Translations under genes and position numbers: made by a program | Notes under the pieces: model-generated | The model's input: only the letters and a program-made list of their open reading frames with translations | What the model was told of the DNA's origin: nothing | Database searches by the model: none | DNA from: Chloroflexota bacterium | GTDB taxonomy: Bacteria > Chloroflexota > UBA11872 | Direction of reading: 5' to 3' | Assembly (NCBI GenBank): GCA_034421255.1 | Contig: DAOUKN010000210.1 | Coordinates: 1-40,620, forward strand | Length of the DNA stretch: 40,620 nt | In this document: in pieces, positions 1 to 9,306 of the stretch | How positions within the stretch are numbered: position 1 is the stretch's first letter | Layout of the letters: each line of letters starts with the position of its first letter

Positions 1-1533
1 CCAGTCCGGCACGGCGCGGAATCGCGCCAGGAGCGGCGGGTAGGGCTCGAGGATCGCGAGGTGCCGCGCCAAGATGTCGGACCAAGCCAGCCCGCGGTCC
101 CCCAGCCATTCGCGGCTGAGCGGAATCTGCCGGTAGGCGTCGAGCCAACCGTCGAATCCGGCGGCGCTGAGCATGTCGAAGACGTTGGCCAGCCGCACCT
201 CGCCCGTCACCGGATGGCGCTGTAGGAGACCGGCCTGCGTGGCCTGATAGAGAAACCCGTTGAGCTCGAACCGGTGGGAGGCGGGGTGGCCCAGGGTGTC
301 GACGCCGCCGAAGTCCTGAAACGCGGTCCAGAACGCGGCGTCGGCGTCGTCGACGATGGCGAACCCGCCCCGCCCGCTGCCCGCCTGGGTGTAGAAGCGC
401 CCGCCGTCGACGGCAAAGTCGGCGGCGGCGACGACCCGGCTGATCGAACCGGCGTCGGTCACGTAGAGCGCGCCGTCGGGACCGGGCGCGACGTCGACCT
501 GACAGGGAACGCCGTCCAAGGTTTCGACCGCGGTCAGCTCGCGGTAGGTGGAGTCGGTGGCCTCGAAGCGCATGAGCTCGCCGGTGTTCCAGGCGCACAT
601 AAACAGGCTGCCGCGATGGAAGGCGATGCCCGTGGGCGCGATGGTGTCGCCGAAGCGCCACAGGGGGGCCGTGAACCCAACGTGGGGGTCGTCGCAGATG
701 AACTCGGGCCGCCAGCCGAGGTTGGCGCCGCGCGTTATGCGGTTGACCTCGTCGTCGCAGTGGGGACCGTTTTCGGTGGCGAACATCTCGCCCGTGTCCG
801 GATGGAAGGTGAAGTCGAAGCTGTTGCGCAGTCCCAGCGCCCAGATGCGGTCGTCATTGCCGGACGCCGGATCGCCGTCGTCGTGGAAGGGGTTGTCGGG
901 CGGTGCGCTCCCGTCCGCCTTGTCGATACGCAGGATCTTGCCGAGCGGCGTGTCGAGCCGCGGCGCCAGGCCCGAGTCGTGGTTCTCGCCGAGCGTGAGA
1001 TACAGGTAGCCGTCCGGGCCGAAGTGCAGGTTGCCGCCGTTGTGGAACGCGGCGCCGGTGGGGTTGGGCTCGTCCAGCAGGATGGTCGGTTCGACGCCGC
1101 GGCCGTCGACCTCGCGGAGCCGCACGACGCGATGCCCGGCGGTGTCGGCGCGCGTGTAATAGACGTAGACAAAGTCGTTGGCGGCGAAATCCGGGTCCAC
1201 GGCAACGCCGAGCAATCCGCGCTCGAAGAGGTCGTCGACATCGAACACGGCGAACAGCTCATCGCGCAGCTGCCCGTTCTCCACCACGCGCAGGGCCCCC
1301 GACTTCTCGGTGTAGAGCAGGCGCCCGTCGGGGGTCCAGGCCAGCGCGACGGGGAAGTTGGCCTCGGCCACTACGGGCTCGACGCGAAGGTGTGCGGGCA
1401 ACTCGGCCGCGTGCGCCGGCGGCGCGCCGACGAGCGCCGCCGCGGCAAGCAGCACGGCCCCGGCGAGCGTCTGGCCAGCGCGCTTGAGCCAGGCGCCCGG
1501 CATCGGCGGCGACTCGGTGGCGACCCGGGGCAT
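1..1533 (-). CDS. PQQ-dependent sugar dehydrogenase-like beta-propeller protein (soluble glucose/sorbosone dehydrogenase family), secreted; 3' end beyond window
   Basis: Absent from the ORF track because it has no stop inside the window. My minus-strand translation from ATG 1533 stays open to position 1 (511 codons, in frame). The N-terminus is signal-like (MPRVATESPPMPGAWLKRAGQTLAGAVLLAAAALVGAPPAHA). Family-typical motifs follow: FPVALAWTPDGRLLYTEKSGALRVV, GLLGVAVDPDF, HNGGNLHFGPDGYLYLTLGE, LGKILRI and ALGLRNSFDFTFHP. The listed + ORF 274..1548 is its antisense shadow. Confidence 0.7.
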   Translation of the reverse strand, partial: MPRVATESPPMPGAWLKRAGQTLAGAVLLAAAALVGAPPAHAAELPAHLRVEPVVAEANFPVALAWTPDGRLLYTEKSGALRVVENGQLRDELFAVFDVDDLFERGLLGVAVDPDFAANDFVYVYYTRADTAGHRVVRLREVDGRGVEPTILLDEPNPTGAAFHNGGNLHFGPDGYLYLTLGENHDSGLAPRLDTPLGKILRIDKADGSAPPDNPFHDDGDPASGNDDRIWALGLRNSFDFTFHPDTGEMFATENGPHCDDEVNRITRGANLGWRPEFICDDPHVGFTAPLWRFGDTIAPTGIAFHRGSLFMCAWNTGELMRFEATDSTYRELTAVETLDGVPCQVDVAPGPDGALYVTDAGSISRVVAAADFAVDGGRFYTQAGSGRGGFAIVDDADAAFWTAFQDFGGVDTLGHPASHRFELNGFLYQATQAGLLQRHPVTGEVRLANVFDMLSAAGFDGWLDAYRQIPLSREWLGDRGLAWSDILARHLAILEPYPPLLARFRAVPDW

Positions 1534-1613
1534 CGGGCCGGATGCTAGCACCGGCGGGCCGCGACGCGGGCGCCGGATTTGGCGGCTGATGCCCAAGCGG
1601 GCGACGTGACCCG

Positions 1614-3224
1614 GTGTGGCATTCTCCGAGCGCTTGCCCGCCGACGGGGGTGACGGTGTTCCCGCGTCTGCTGCGATCGCCGCTCACTGTCCCCGCAGCG
1701 CTCATCGGCGGCGTGCTGACAGCGTTTTACAGCCTAAGCGCCGCGACCCGGGTTGCCGGGGGCGACTGGGGTCAGTTTCAGACCTTTGGCTACCTCGGCG
1801 GAATTGCGCATCCGCCGGGCTATCCATTGCTGACCGGCAGCATTCACCTCGCGAACCACGTCGCCCTCCCGGTGAGACGCCTCGTCCACCGCATCACCGG
1901 CGCCGAGGATTTCGCCGATCCCGCCCACGTGGCCAATGTCGTCAATGCCGGCTACGCCGTCGCCGCGGGAGTGGCGCTGTTCGTGGTGGCGGCCGTTCTC
2001 GCTCGCTCGCGGCTGGCCGGTTTGCTGGCGACGGTTGTCTTCACCACCGGGTACAGCATTTGGGCGCATGCCGCGCAGGCGGGGGCAATGAGCCTGCAAA
2101 CGCTGATCGTGATCTTGCTGCTTGGCACGCTCGTCGCCTATGACGACCGGCCATCGGTCATGCGGCTGGCCGCGGTGGGGTTCGCGACTGGCCTCTCGCT
2201 GACAAACCATGGCGTCAGCCTCTTCATGCTCCCGGCCACGGCCGCCTTCATCGCGAGCCGGCGCTTTCCGGGAATTGCCCGCCCGCGGACGCTGGCGACT
2301 GTTGGCGGAGCCATTGGGATTGGGCTGCTGCCCTGGATATACGTGGTTCGGGGGCTATTCGTTCCCGTTGCCACCAGATATCCCGACAACGTCGCCCGGC
2401 TCAGCGTCGACGAGCTCGTGCACATGGTCGTCGGACGACCGTTCGAGCGTGTGAGCGACGTTCGCACGATCAATTCGCCAATTGACGACGGGGGATTCGC
2501 ATTTCTGAACCAGTGGACCGTGCTGTCCGACCACGTGCTGCGCGAGTTTGGCTGGGTTTGGCTGGGGCTGGCGGTGTTGGGGTGGGTGGTGCTGGCGCGA
2601 CAGCGGGCGCGACTGGCTGCCTGGGTTGCCTGGACCGGGCTGGCGACCATCTGGTTCGCCCTGGCCTCCATGCCGATGTTCGATGGGGTGCGGTACTTCG
2701 CGGTGATCTATGCGCTGCTGGCGGTCTGCGTGGGGGTGGCCGTCGGTTGGCTGCTGCGGCGGGTGGAGCCGGCCGCCAAGCGCTTCGCGCCGTCATTCGC
2801 GCGGTCTGCCGTGCTGGCCGCCGGCCTTCTGGCCCTGCTCGCCGCCGGCGCGCGGATCCAGCAGCAGTTCACCGGCGCGGCGCGCAGCCATATCGTGGAA
2901 GTGCGCGAAGATGCCGCCAAGCAGGCCGATATCGGCCTCGGCATCATGCGGCGGATGGCGCCCGGCAGCGTCTATATGACCGACTGGACGTCGTCCTGGT
3001 ATACGCGATACGCCGCCATTCGCGAGGACGACCGCGGCATTCGCATCCAATCGGCGGACTATTGGAGGATGGGATTCGACGAGGCGGCTGAGATTCTGGC
3101 GAGCGGGCGGCGCCTCTATCTGCAGCGCACCTCGCCGGAATACGAGGCCGCCTACACCGTGGAGCCGCGCTGGGGCGTGATCTACGAGGTGCTGCCGGCC
3201 GAGCCGTCCGAATCCGGGGGCTGA
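1614..3224 (+). CDS. DUF2723-family polytopic membrane protein (PMT/ArnT-like glycosyltransferase fold)
   Basis: 536-aa ORF with many hydrophobic spans. The N-terminal motif GDWGQFQTFGYLGGIAHPPGYPLLTG matches the DUF2723 signature (HPPGYPL). The C-terminal tail is soluble. The exact start (GTG 1614) is uncertain. Confidence 0.6.
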   Translation: MWHSPSACPPTGVTVFPRLLRSPLTVPAALIGGVLTAFYSLSAATRVAGGDWGQFQTFGYLGGIAHPPGYPLLTGSIHLANHVALPVRRLVHRITGAEDFADPAHVANVVNAGYAVAAGVALFVVAAVLARSRLAGLLATVVFTTGYSIWAHAAQAGAMSLQTLIVILLLGTLVAYDDRPSVMRLAAVGFATGLSLTNHGVSLFMLPATAAFIASRRFPGIARPRTLATVGGAIGIGLLPWIYVVRGLFVPVATRYPDNVARLSVDELVHMVVGRPFERVSDVRTINSPIDDGGFAFLNQWTVLSDHVLREFGWVWLGLAVLGWVVLARQRARLAAWVAWTGLATIWFALASMPMFDGVRYFAVIYALLAVCVGVAVGWLLRRVEPAAKRFAPSFARSAVLAAGLLALLAAGARIQQQFTGAARSHIVEVREDAAKQADIGLGIMRRMAPGSVYMTDWTSSWYTRYAAIREDDRGIRIQSADYWRMGFDEAAEILASGRRLYLQRTSPEYEAAYTVEPRWGVIYEVLPAEPSESGG

Positions 3225-3289
3225 CGCTCGACTTGCGGTTGCCGCCTGCGCATACTCGTTCGCGATAGCGTGGCGGGCGAGAGGTACCC

Positions 3290-5887
3290 ATGCATCCAGC
3301 GACGCCGCCGGATTTGCGCTCGGTGCGGCAGTGGACCGGGCGCTGGATCTGGGTCGAGGGCGAGCGCAAGCCGTTCCACTTCTTCCTCTATGCGCGGCGC
3401 TCGTTCGACCTCGCCGAGGCGCCCGAGACGGCGCGGCTGCGCATCACCGCCTCGGACCGCTACGCGCTTTGGGTCAACGGGAATTACATCGCTCGCGGAC
3501 CGGCGCGCAGCGACCCGCGGCGCAAGAGCTATGACATCCACGATGTCGCGGCGCACCTGCGGCCCGGCGCCAACACGATTGCCGTGCGGGCCTATCACTA
3601 CGCTACGCCTCGCCATGGCGACGGCTGGTCGAGTTGGAGCGGCAACGCCTACGGCGTCGGCGAGCGCGCGGGCTTGTGGGCGGAGCTCGAGACCGAGGAC
3701 GACGACGGCGCAACTTCGACCATAGGCACCGATTCCGCCTGGCGGGTGCGTCCGGCGAAGGCCTGGGACCGGACGATCAAGGTCATCCACTCGCTGGTGG
3801 GTCCACCGGAGGTCTTTGACGCCGCCGCCGACCCGCCGGACTGGATGCAGCCGGAATTCGACGACGGCGACTGGGACGCGGCCTGGGAAGTCCCGGCCCG
3901 CGACTACGACTGGGTGCTGCTGGAGGCTCGCGAAACGGCGCTGTTGGACGAGCGCGAGGTGTTTCCGGCGCGCGCGGCGGCCACGGGCGAGGTGATCGAG
4001 GAGAGCCGCGGGGCCGTCCGCGACCTGCCGGAGCGCCTGGTGCAGGAGGTGCACTTCCCGCTGGAGCACGCGGTGATCGAGAACGTCGACGCCCTGATGG
4101 GGCCGGACGGCGTGAGCGAGCTTCGCAGCACGTTTGCGCCCGGACACGGCATCCGGTCGCCGTTCATCGTGCTCGACTTCGGGCGGCAGCTCTTCGGGTT
4201 TCCGCGCGTTCGGCTGACGGCGCCGGCCGGAGCGATCGTCGACATGACCTACGGCCAGCAACTCATCGACGACCGCATCCCGCCGGGAGCACCCTACGGC
4301 GACCGCTACCTCGCCCGTGAGGGGGCGCAGGTGTGGGAGCCGGCGGAGTACAAGCAGTTCCGCTACCTGCACCTGTGCGTGCGCAACACCTATGCCCCGG
4401 TGCACATCGAGTCGGTCTCGGTGGACGAGTACGTATATCCGGCGGAGCGTCGCGGCGCGTTCCGGTGCGACGATCCGCTGCTCGGCGCGCTGTGGACCGC
4501 CTGCGCCGACACGGCCTACCTCAACTTCGAGGACACGCTGGTGCACGAGGGGTTCCGCGAGCGGGCGATCTTCAACACCGGCGACGGCAGCCACGTGATG
4601 CACATGTGCTTCGCGGCCTACGGCGATCTGACGCTCACCGATCGCTTCATGCGGCTGGTGCCGCTGAGCAATCGCGGCGACGGGATGCTGCAGATGGTCT
4701 ATCCGCCGGAGAACGCCCAGCGCTACGTGGTGGCCAATTTCCTGTTCCAGTGGAGCATGCGCGTGCGCGAGCACTACCTTCACACCGGGCGGCGGTGGGT
4801 GCTGGAGGAGCTGTACCGCAGCGTGCCGCCCCAGATCGACTGGTACGAGCCGCACCGCGACGCCGACGGGCTGCTGCGCAATCTGCCGCTGCAGAACACG
4901 CTGGATTGGACGGCGAACGACCTGCGCGGGGCCAGCTTCATCACCAACGCGCTCTACGTGGGCGGGCTGGAGGATGCGGCGTGGCTGGCTGATCGAGTGG
5001 GCGTGCCGCGCGACGCCGAACGCTGGCGGCGCATCGCCGCGGACGTGCGCGAGACGCTGCGACGCAACTTCTGGGACGAGGACCGCGGGCTGTTTTGGGA
5101 CAGCGACCGGGCCACGGGGCCGGACGGCGTCTACAGCGACATCTCCAATGCCTACGCCATCCTCTACGGCATCGCGCCGCCGGAGCGCGTGGAGGCGGTG
5201 GCGCGCGCGATCGTGGAGCAATACGACGACCTGGTGCAGGCCACGCCGCTGTTCTTCGGCTACGTGGCCGACGCGATCCTGGGCGCCGGGCTGGTCGACG
5301 AGGGGCTCGATCTGATCAAGCGGCGGTACCGGCCCATGCTGGAGTCCACCGACAACCCCATGATCTGGGAGCTGTGGGACCCGTTCACCGGCGGCCACCG
5401 CATAGTCGAGGACTCCGACTACGCCCAGCGCCACGACGAAAACTACGTGCGGCCGATGTCCACGCGGAGCCTGGCGCATACGGGCGGGATCCTGGTGGGC
5501 TACGTGCTCTCGACGCGGGTGCTGGGGGTGACGTCGACGGGGCCGGGATTCAACACTTGCCGCATCGCGCCGCGTCCCGGATCACTGCCGCGGGTGGACG
5601 GCGCGTTTCCGACGCCTCACGGCGACATCTGGGTTCGCTGGCGGCGCATGCCGGGCGCACAGGTGCTTGAGGCCAGGATTCCGCGCGGTGTAGAGGCTGA
5701 GATTGTGATTGAGCGCGCGGTCGACCGAGCCGAGACGCTTGTCTATCGTGGATCAAAGGTGCCGCTGGTCGACGCCGAGGCGGTGGCCGCGGCAGGCTTC
5801 GTGGTCACAGACGCCGAGGTGCGCACGACCGTCCGCGGCGGGCCGCACGAGTTTATGTTGCGAGCGGCGGGTAGCATGCCGCGATGA
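3290..5887 (+). CDS. GH78-like glycoside hydrolase (alpha-L-rhamnosidase family)
   Basis: 865-aa ORF with normal amino-acid composition. The N-terminal WIW...ARLRITASDRYALWVNGNYIARGP...YDIHDVAAHLRPGANTIAVRAYHY resembles the rhamnosidase N-domain. The central part has six-hairpin-like FRERAIFNTGDGSH. The C-terminal SLAHTGGILVGYVLSTRVLGV..GPGF..CRIAPRPGSL...FPTPHGDIWVRW resembles the GH78 C-terminal region. RBS GAGG lies 5 nt before the ATG. The minus ORF 3182..5479 is a shadow. Confidence 0.6.
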   Translation: MHPATPPDLRSVRQWTGRWIWVEGERKPFHFFLYARRSFDLAEAPETARLRITASDRYALWVNGNYIARGPARSDPRRKSYDIHDVAAHLRPGANTIAVRAYHYATPRHGDGWSSWSGNAYGVGERAGLWAELETEDDDGATSTIGTDSAWRVRPAKAWDRTIKVIHSLVGPPEVFDAAADPPDWMQPEFDDGDWDAAWEVPARDYDWVLLEARETALLDEREVFPARAAATGEVIEESRGAVRDLPERLVQEVHFPLEHAVIENVDALMGPDGVSELRSTFAPGHGIRSPFIVLDFGRQLFGFPRVRLTAPAGAIVDMTYGQQLIDDRIPPGAPYGDRYLAREGAQVWEPAEYKQFRYLHLCVRNTYAPVHIESVSVDEYVYPAERRGAFRCDDPLLGALWTACADTAYLNFEDTLVHEGFRERAIFNTGDGSHVMHMCFAAYGDLTLTDRFMRLVPLSNRGDGMLQMVYPPENAQRYVVANFLFQWSMRVREHYLHTGRRWVLEELYRSVPPQIDWYEPHRDADGLLRNLPLQNTLDWTANDLRGASFITNALYVGGLEDAAWLADRVGVPRDAERWRRIAADVRETLRRNFWDEDRGLFWDSDRATGPDGVYSDISNAYAILYGIAPPERVEAVARAIVEQYDDLVQATPLFFGYVADAILGAGLVDEGLDLIKRRYRPMLESTDNPMIWELWDPFTGGHRIVEDSDYAQRHDENYVRPMSTRSLAHTGGILVGYVLSTRVLGVTSTGPGFNTCRIAPRPGSLPRVDGAFPTPHGDIWVRWRRMPGAQVLEARIPRGVEAEIVIERAVDRAETLVYRGSKVPLVDAEAVAAAGFVVTDAEVRTTVRGGPHEFMLRAAGSMPR

Positions 5888-6627
5888 CTGCACGAAACTT
5901 TGGACGACGGCTCCCGGTCGCGCTGCTAACGGCGCTGTGCGCGTTTGTCCTCACGGGCTGCGTTCGCATCGAGATGACCTTCACCGTGGACGAGGACGGC
6001 TCGGGCACGGCCGCCGTGCTGATGGCGATCGATGAATCGCTGCTCGCGCTCTCCGGCGAATCCGCGGCCGACCTCTTTGGGGACATCGACGAAGAGATCG
6101 ATGACCGGCCGCCGGGCGCGGTCGTCGATGAGTACCGCGCGGAAGGATTCGTCGGGCAGCGCATGAGCGTGCCGGTTCCCGACATGACGGACAACCAACT
6201 GGTTGCGGGGTGGCTGGGCGGCGTGGACGAGAGGGCCGATGTCCTGGACGACGGGGTCGGGTTCGTGCGTGAGGGAGACGGCTGGCGGTTCACGATGGCT
6301 ATCCCGCCGCTGGGCCAGGAGCTGGCCGGCGAAAACGGCGACTTTACTGCCGGCCTAGCGGCCACGATGCTCGATAACGCCATCTTCCGGGTGCGCGTTT
6401 CGCTGCCCGGCGAGATTAGGGAGCACAACGCCGATCGGATCGAGAACGGTGTGCTGGTGTGGGATCTCGACTTGATGGGCGGCGAGCCGCGCCGGCTCAG
6501 CGCTCGCAGCGAGCTGGCGGGCGTGAGTCCGGCTATCGTCGCCGTCGCGATCGGGGCGGGGGTTGCCGTCGTGGTGCTGGCCGCGGCGGCAGCGCGCTCG
6601 GCCGTTCGCGCCCGTCGCAGGGCGTAG
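5884..6627 (+). CDS. LppM-like lipoprotein with C-terminal membrane anchor
   Basis: The ATG overlaps the upstream stop (ATGA at 5884-5887). There is a lipobox, LLTALCAFVLTGC, followed by VRIEMTFTVDEDGSGTA as in LppM/DUF3153-type proteins. The C-terminus has a hydrophobic helix, VSPAIVAVAIGAGVAVVVLAAAAA, plus a basic tail. Confidence 0.5.
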   Translation: MTARNFGRRLPVALLTALCAFVLTGCVRIEMTFTVDEDGSGTAAVLMAIDESLLALSGESAADLFGDIDEEIDDRPPGAVVDEYRAEGFVGQRMSVPVPDMTDNQLVAGWLGGVDERADVLDDGVGFVREGDGWRFTMAIPPLGQELAGENGDFTAGLAATMLDNAIFRVRVSLPGEIREHNADRIENGVLVWDLDLMGGEPRRLSARSELAGVSPAIVAVAIGAGVAVVVLAAAAARSAVRARRRA

Positions 6628-6674
6628 AACGCGCGACGGACCGAAGTCTTTCGAGTCGCCGCGGCGCCGGTCGG

Positions 6675-7781
6675 TTAGCTCCGGTACCCCGCCGTGTGGT
6701 GGCGGATGTCGTATCGGCCGGGGTAGCGCACGGGGAGGTCGCCTGACTCGATCATCTGGATGAGCGGCGAGGCCATGGTCTTGAGCGGCAGGCGCACGAG
6801 GCCGCGGATGCGGGTCGATTCGTAGATGGCCATCAGGGCTTCCTGCGTCTTGATGGCGAGGTGGGCGTCGCCGCGATGCTCGTCGACCTCGCCCGCGGCC
6901 CAGGCCGCCAGGGCATCGATCTCACGCAGGCGGGCGTCGTCGTAGTAGTCGCCGCAGGCGGGAATGTCGCGCGTGCGTCCGTCGCGGCCCACGATGCGGA
7001 CGGCGTAGTCGGCGCCGCGGCCGTCTTGGGAGACGATGACGAGGCCGTCGGTTCCCACGAGGAGGTGCGTGTGCGCCTCTAGGCCCGGCGCGTCGGGCGT
7101 CTCGCTCTCCAGACCCAGCCGCATGCCGCCGGCCAGTCCGACGACCGCGGCGGCCATCTCCTCGCTGGGCCAGCCGCGCTCCCAGCGGTCCGTCTCGCGC
7201 TGGACGTTGCCCAGCACCCAGTCCACGTCGGGTTCTCCCAGCATGAACAGCATGCGGTCGAGGGCGTGGGTGAGGTGGTTGGTGATGCCGCCGACGGTGC
7301 AGCCGACGCGGGCGAATACGGGCGTGCCGATGTCGCCCGCCGCCACGGCGTCCCGCGCCTGCTCGTAGGCCCGCAGCCAGCGGCCCTGGTGCCCGATGGC
7401 GAGCTTGACGCCCTGCCTGTCACAGGTCTCCAGCATGGCGCGCGCCTCGCCTAGATTGCCGGCCATGGCCTTCTCGCACAGGATGGCGGTGGGCTTGTAG
7501 CGGCTGGCGGCGAGGATCGTGAGCGGCGCGTGGCTGGCCTGCGGGGTGGCGATGCTGAGCACATCGGGCTGCTGCTCGCGCAGCATGGTCTCGAAGTCGG
7601 TGTAGCGGGCCTCCACGTCGTGCTCGTCGGCCAGCGCGTGGCAGCGCGACTCGATGGCGTCGCAGATCGCCACCAGCTCGGCGCGCTCACTGGCGGCATA
7701 GCCGGCGGCATGCCTGCTCCCGATGCGGGCGCCGACGACGGCGGCACGCAGCGGTCGGTGCTGGTCAGACGCGCCGGACAC
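6675..7781 (-). CDS. Gfo/Idh/MocA family NAD(P)-dependent oxidoreductase
   Basis: The N-terminal Rossmann motif is LRAAVVGARIGSRHAAGYA...ELVAICD. EKAMA and the typical dimerisation-domain layout are present. It is a paralogue of the next gene. Confidence 0.8.
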   Translation of the reverse strand: MSGASDQHRPLRAAVVGARIGSRHAAGYAASERAELVAICDAIESRCHALADEHDVEARYTDFETMLREQQPDVLSIATPQASHAPLTILAASRYKPTAILCEKAMAGNLGEARAMLETCDRQGVKLAIGHQGRWLRAYEQARDAVAAGDIGTPVFARVGCTVGGITNHLTHALDRMLFMLGEPDVDWVLGNVQRETDRWERGWPSEEMAAAVVGLAGGMRLGLESETPDAPGLEAHTHLLVGTDGLVIVSQDGRGADYAVRIVGRDGRTRDIPACGDYYDDARLREIDALAAWAAGEVDEHRGDAHLAIKTQEALMAIYESTRIRGLVRLPLKTMASPLIQMIESGDLPVRYPGRYDIRHHTAGYRS

Positions 7782-7784
7782 GGC

Positions 7785-8870
7785 TCAGACCTCCACCGGG
7801 GGATAGACCCCGGCATGGCGGATGTCGTAGGCGCCCGGGTAGCGCACCTGCAACTGGCCGTCCTCGATCATGGCCTCGAGCGGCGAACGGCGGGTCGCGA
7901 GCGGCAGCGTGACGCGTGAGCGCGTGCGCGCGGATTCGTAGATGGCCATGAGGGCCTCGTGCGACGGCTGGGTGCGCGCGATGGACTGCACGTGCTCCGG
8001 TCCGCCGTCAATCCAGGTGGCCAGCTTGTCGACCTGGGCGACCCAGGGATCGACCTCCGGGAACTCCGTCGAGGCGAGATCCATCTCGCCGTGGGCGGAC
8101 GACGTCAGATGCAGGTCGAAGGCCTCGCGGCCGTGCGCCGAGTGGGTGGAGATGCGGAGCACTCCTTCATCGCCCGCGAGCACGAAGCCCCAATTGCCGA
8201 TGGTGGGGTTGGCGCCGATGTCCACGTCGAGCACCAGGCGCGTGCCACCCTCGAAGGCGATGACGCCCCCGCAGAGGTCCTCGGCGGCCAGACCGCGTTC
8301 GTAGCGGTCGGTTTCGCGCTGCACCTGGCCCACGGCCCAGTCGACCGCCGGGTCGCCGAGCATGAAGCGAATGAGGTCGACGACGTGGGAGCCCTGGTTC
8401 AGCAAGCCGCCTTCCTGCACGCTCACGGTGCTGGCGAGAGGCCGCCCGATGGCGCCCTCGGCGATGAGCCGGCGCGCGTGGGCGAACTGGGGGATCTGCC
8501 GTCGCATGTGGCTGATGACGAGCTTGACGCCGTGCTCGTCGCAGGCCGCGGTCATGGCCTCGACGCTGCCCATGTCGGGCGCCATGGGCTTCTCGCAAAT
8601 GATGGCCTTGGGGCGGGCCTCGGCGGCGGCGATCACCATGGGCGCGTGGAATTGGCAGGGGGTGGCGACGCTGACGATGTCGAGCGTCTCGTGCTCCAGC
8701 ATGGCCTCGAGGCTGGTGTAGCGGTGGGGCACGTCGAAGGTGCGCCCAACTTCGTCCAGCAGCGCGGCGTCAAGGTCGGCGATGGCGACGAGGTCGGTCG
8801 TGTTGCTGCCGGTATAGGCGCCTGCGTGCCGGGTGCCGACGCCAAGCCCCACGATGCCGGCGCGATACAT
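7785..8870 (-). CDS. Gfo/Idh/MocA family NAD(P)-dependent oxidoreductase (tandem paralogue)
   Basis: MYRAGIVGLGVGTRHAGAYT...DLVAIADL, EKPMA. The C-terminal region is collinear with the downstream paralogue (EALMAIYES.R.R..V.LPL....SPL..MIE.G.L.VRYPG.YDIRH). There is a 3-nt gap to the next gene. Confidence 0.8.
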   Translation of the reverse strand: MYRAGIVGLGVGTRHAGAYTGSNTTDLVAIADLDAALLDEVGRTFDVPHRYTSLEAMLEHETLDIVSVATPCQFHAPMVIAAAEARPKAIICEKPMAPDMGSVEAMTAACDEHGVKLVISHMRRQIPQFAHARRLIAEGAIGRPLASTVSVQEGGLLNQGSHVVDLIRFMLGDPAVDWAVGQVQRETDRYERGLAAEDLCGGVIAFEGGTRLVLDVDIGANPTIGNWGFVLAGDEGVLRISTHSAHGREAFDLHLTSSAHGEMDLASTEFPEVDPWVAQVDKLATWIDGGPEHVQSIARTQPSHEALMAIYESARTRSRVTLPLATRRSPLEAMIEDGQLQVRYPGAYDIRHAGVYPPVEV

Positions 8871-9044
8871 CGTCGTTGCCTCAATTCAATCCGCCGAGAG
8901 GCGGTCATGGGCCTTGGGCGCAGGGTAGCGCAGTGGGCGCCGGTGACTACGGGCGGAGTAGCGTCCTACTTTGCGTTGCTGCTACGACTGTCTCTCCGAG
9001 CTTCGCGACACTGACGAGGGCAGAGTTCGCATCACGGCCCGGGC

Positions 9045-9306
9045 TCAGTCGCTAGCGCTACCGCTCATGGCGTCGAGGTGCTTGAAAATTCGATCACGCA
9101 GGCCTTCGTCACCGCGCCGGCGCCCAATAGCCACCAAGTCCTCACTGAGCAGGTCTCCCCGTATGAGGTAGTCGGAGTCCTCACGCTGAACAACGGCCAA
9201 ATGGGCAACATCCGTCAGCCCGCGGTTGGGTAGTCGTACCGAACAATGCCCACCCGTCCGCGCCGAATGCGGCAAGCACATTCCCCACGTCGATCTCTAC
9301 GTTCAT
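9045..9306 (-). pseudogene. Small ORF translationally coupled to the HicB-like gene, apparently frameshifted (possible decayed HicA-like toxin)
   Basis: ATG at 9306 overlaps the upstream TGA (TGATG). That frame reads MNVEIDVGNVLAAFGADGWALF... and stops at 9181. A second frame (ORF 9045..9281) continues ...LPNRGLTDVAHLAVVQREDSDYLIRGDLLSEDLVAIGRRRGDEGLRDRIFKHLDAMSGSASD. Joining them needs a 1-nt shift near 9235-9245. The family assignment is weak. Confidence 0.25.

Noticed and set aside
274-1548. 424-aa + strand ORF (plus smaller ORFs) covering the left end
   Set aside because: It has Gly/Val/Ala/Arg-rich shadow composition. The minus strand encodes a coherent PQQ-dehydrogenase-like protein with recognisable motifs across the same span.
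3182-5479. 765-aa minus-strand ORF
   Set aside because: It is the antisense shadow of the GH78-like gene. It is Arg/Ala/Val/Gly/His-rich with no motifs, while the + frame has balanced composition and family motifs.
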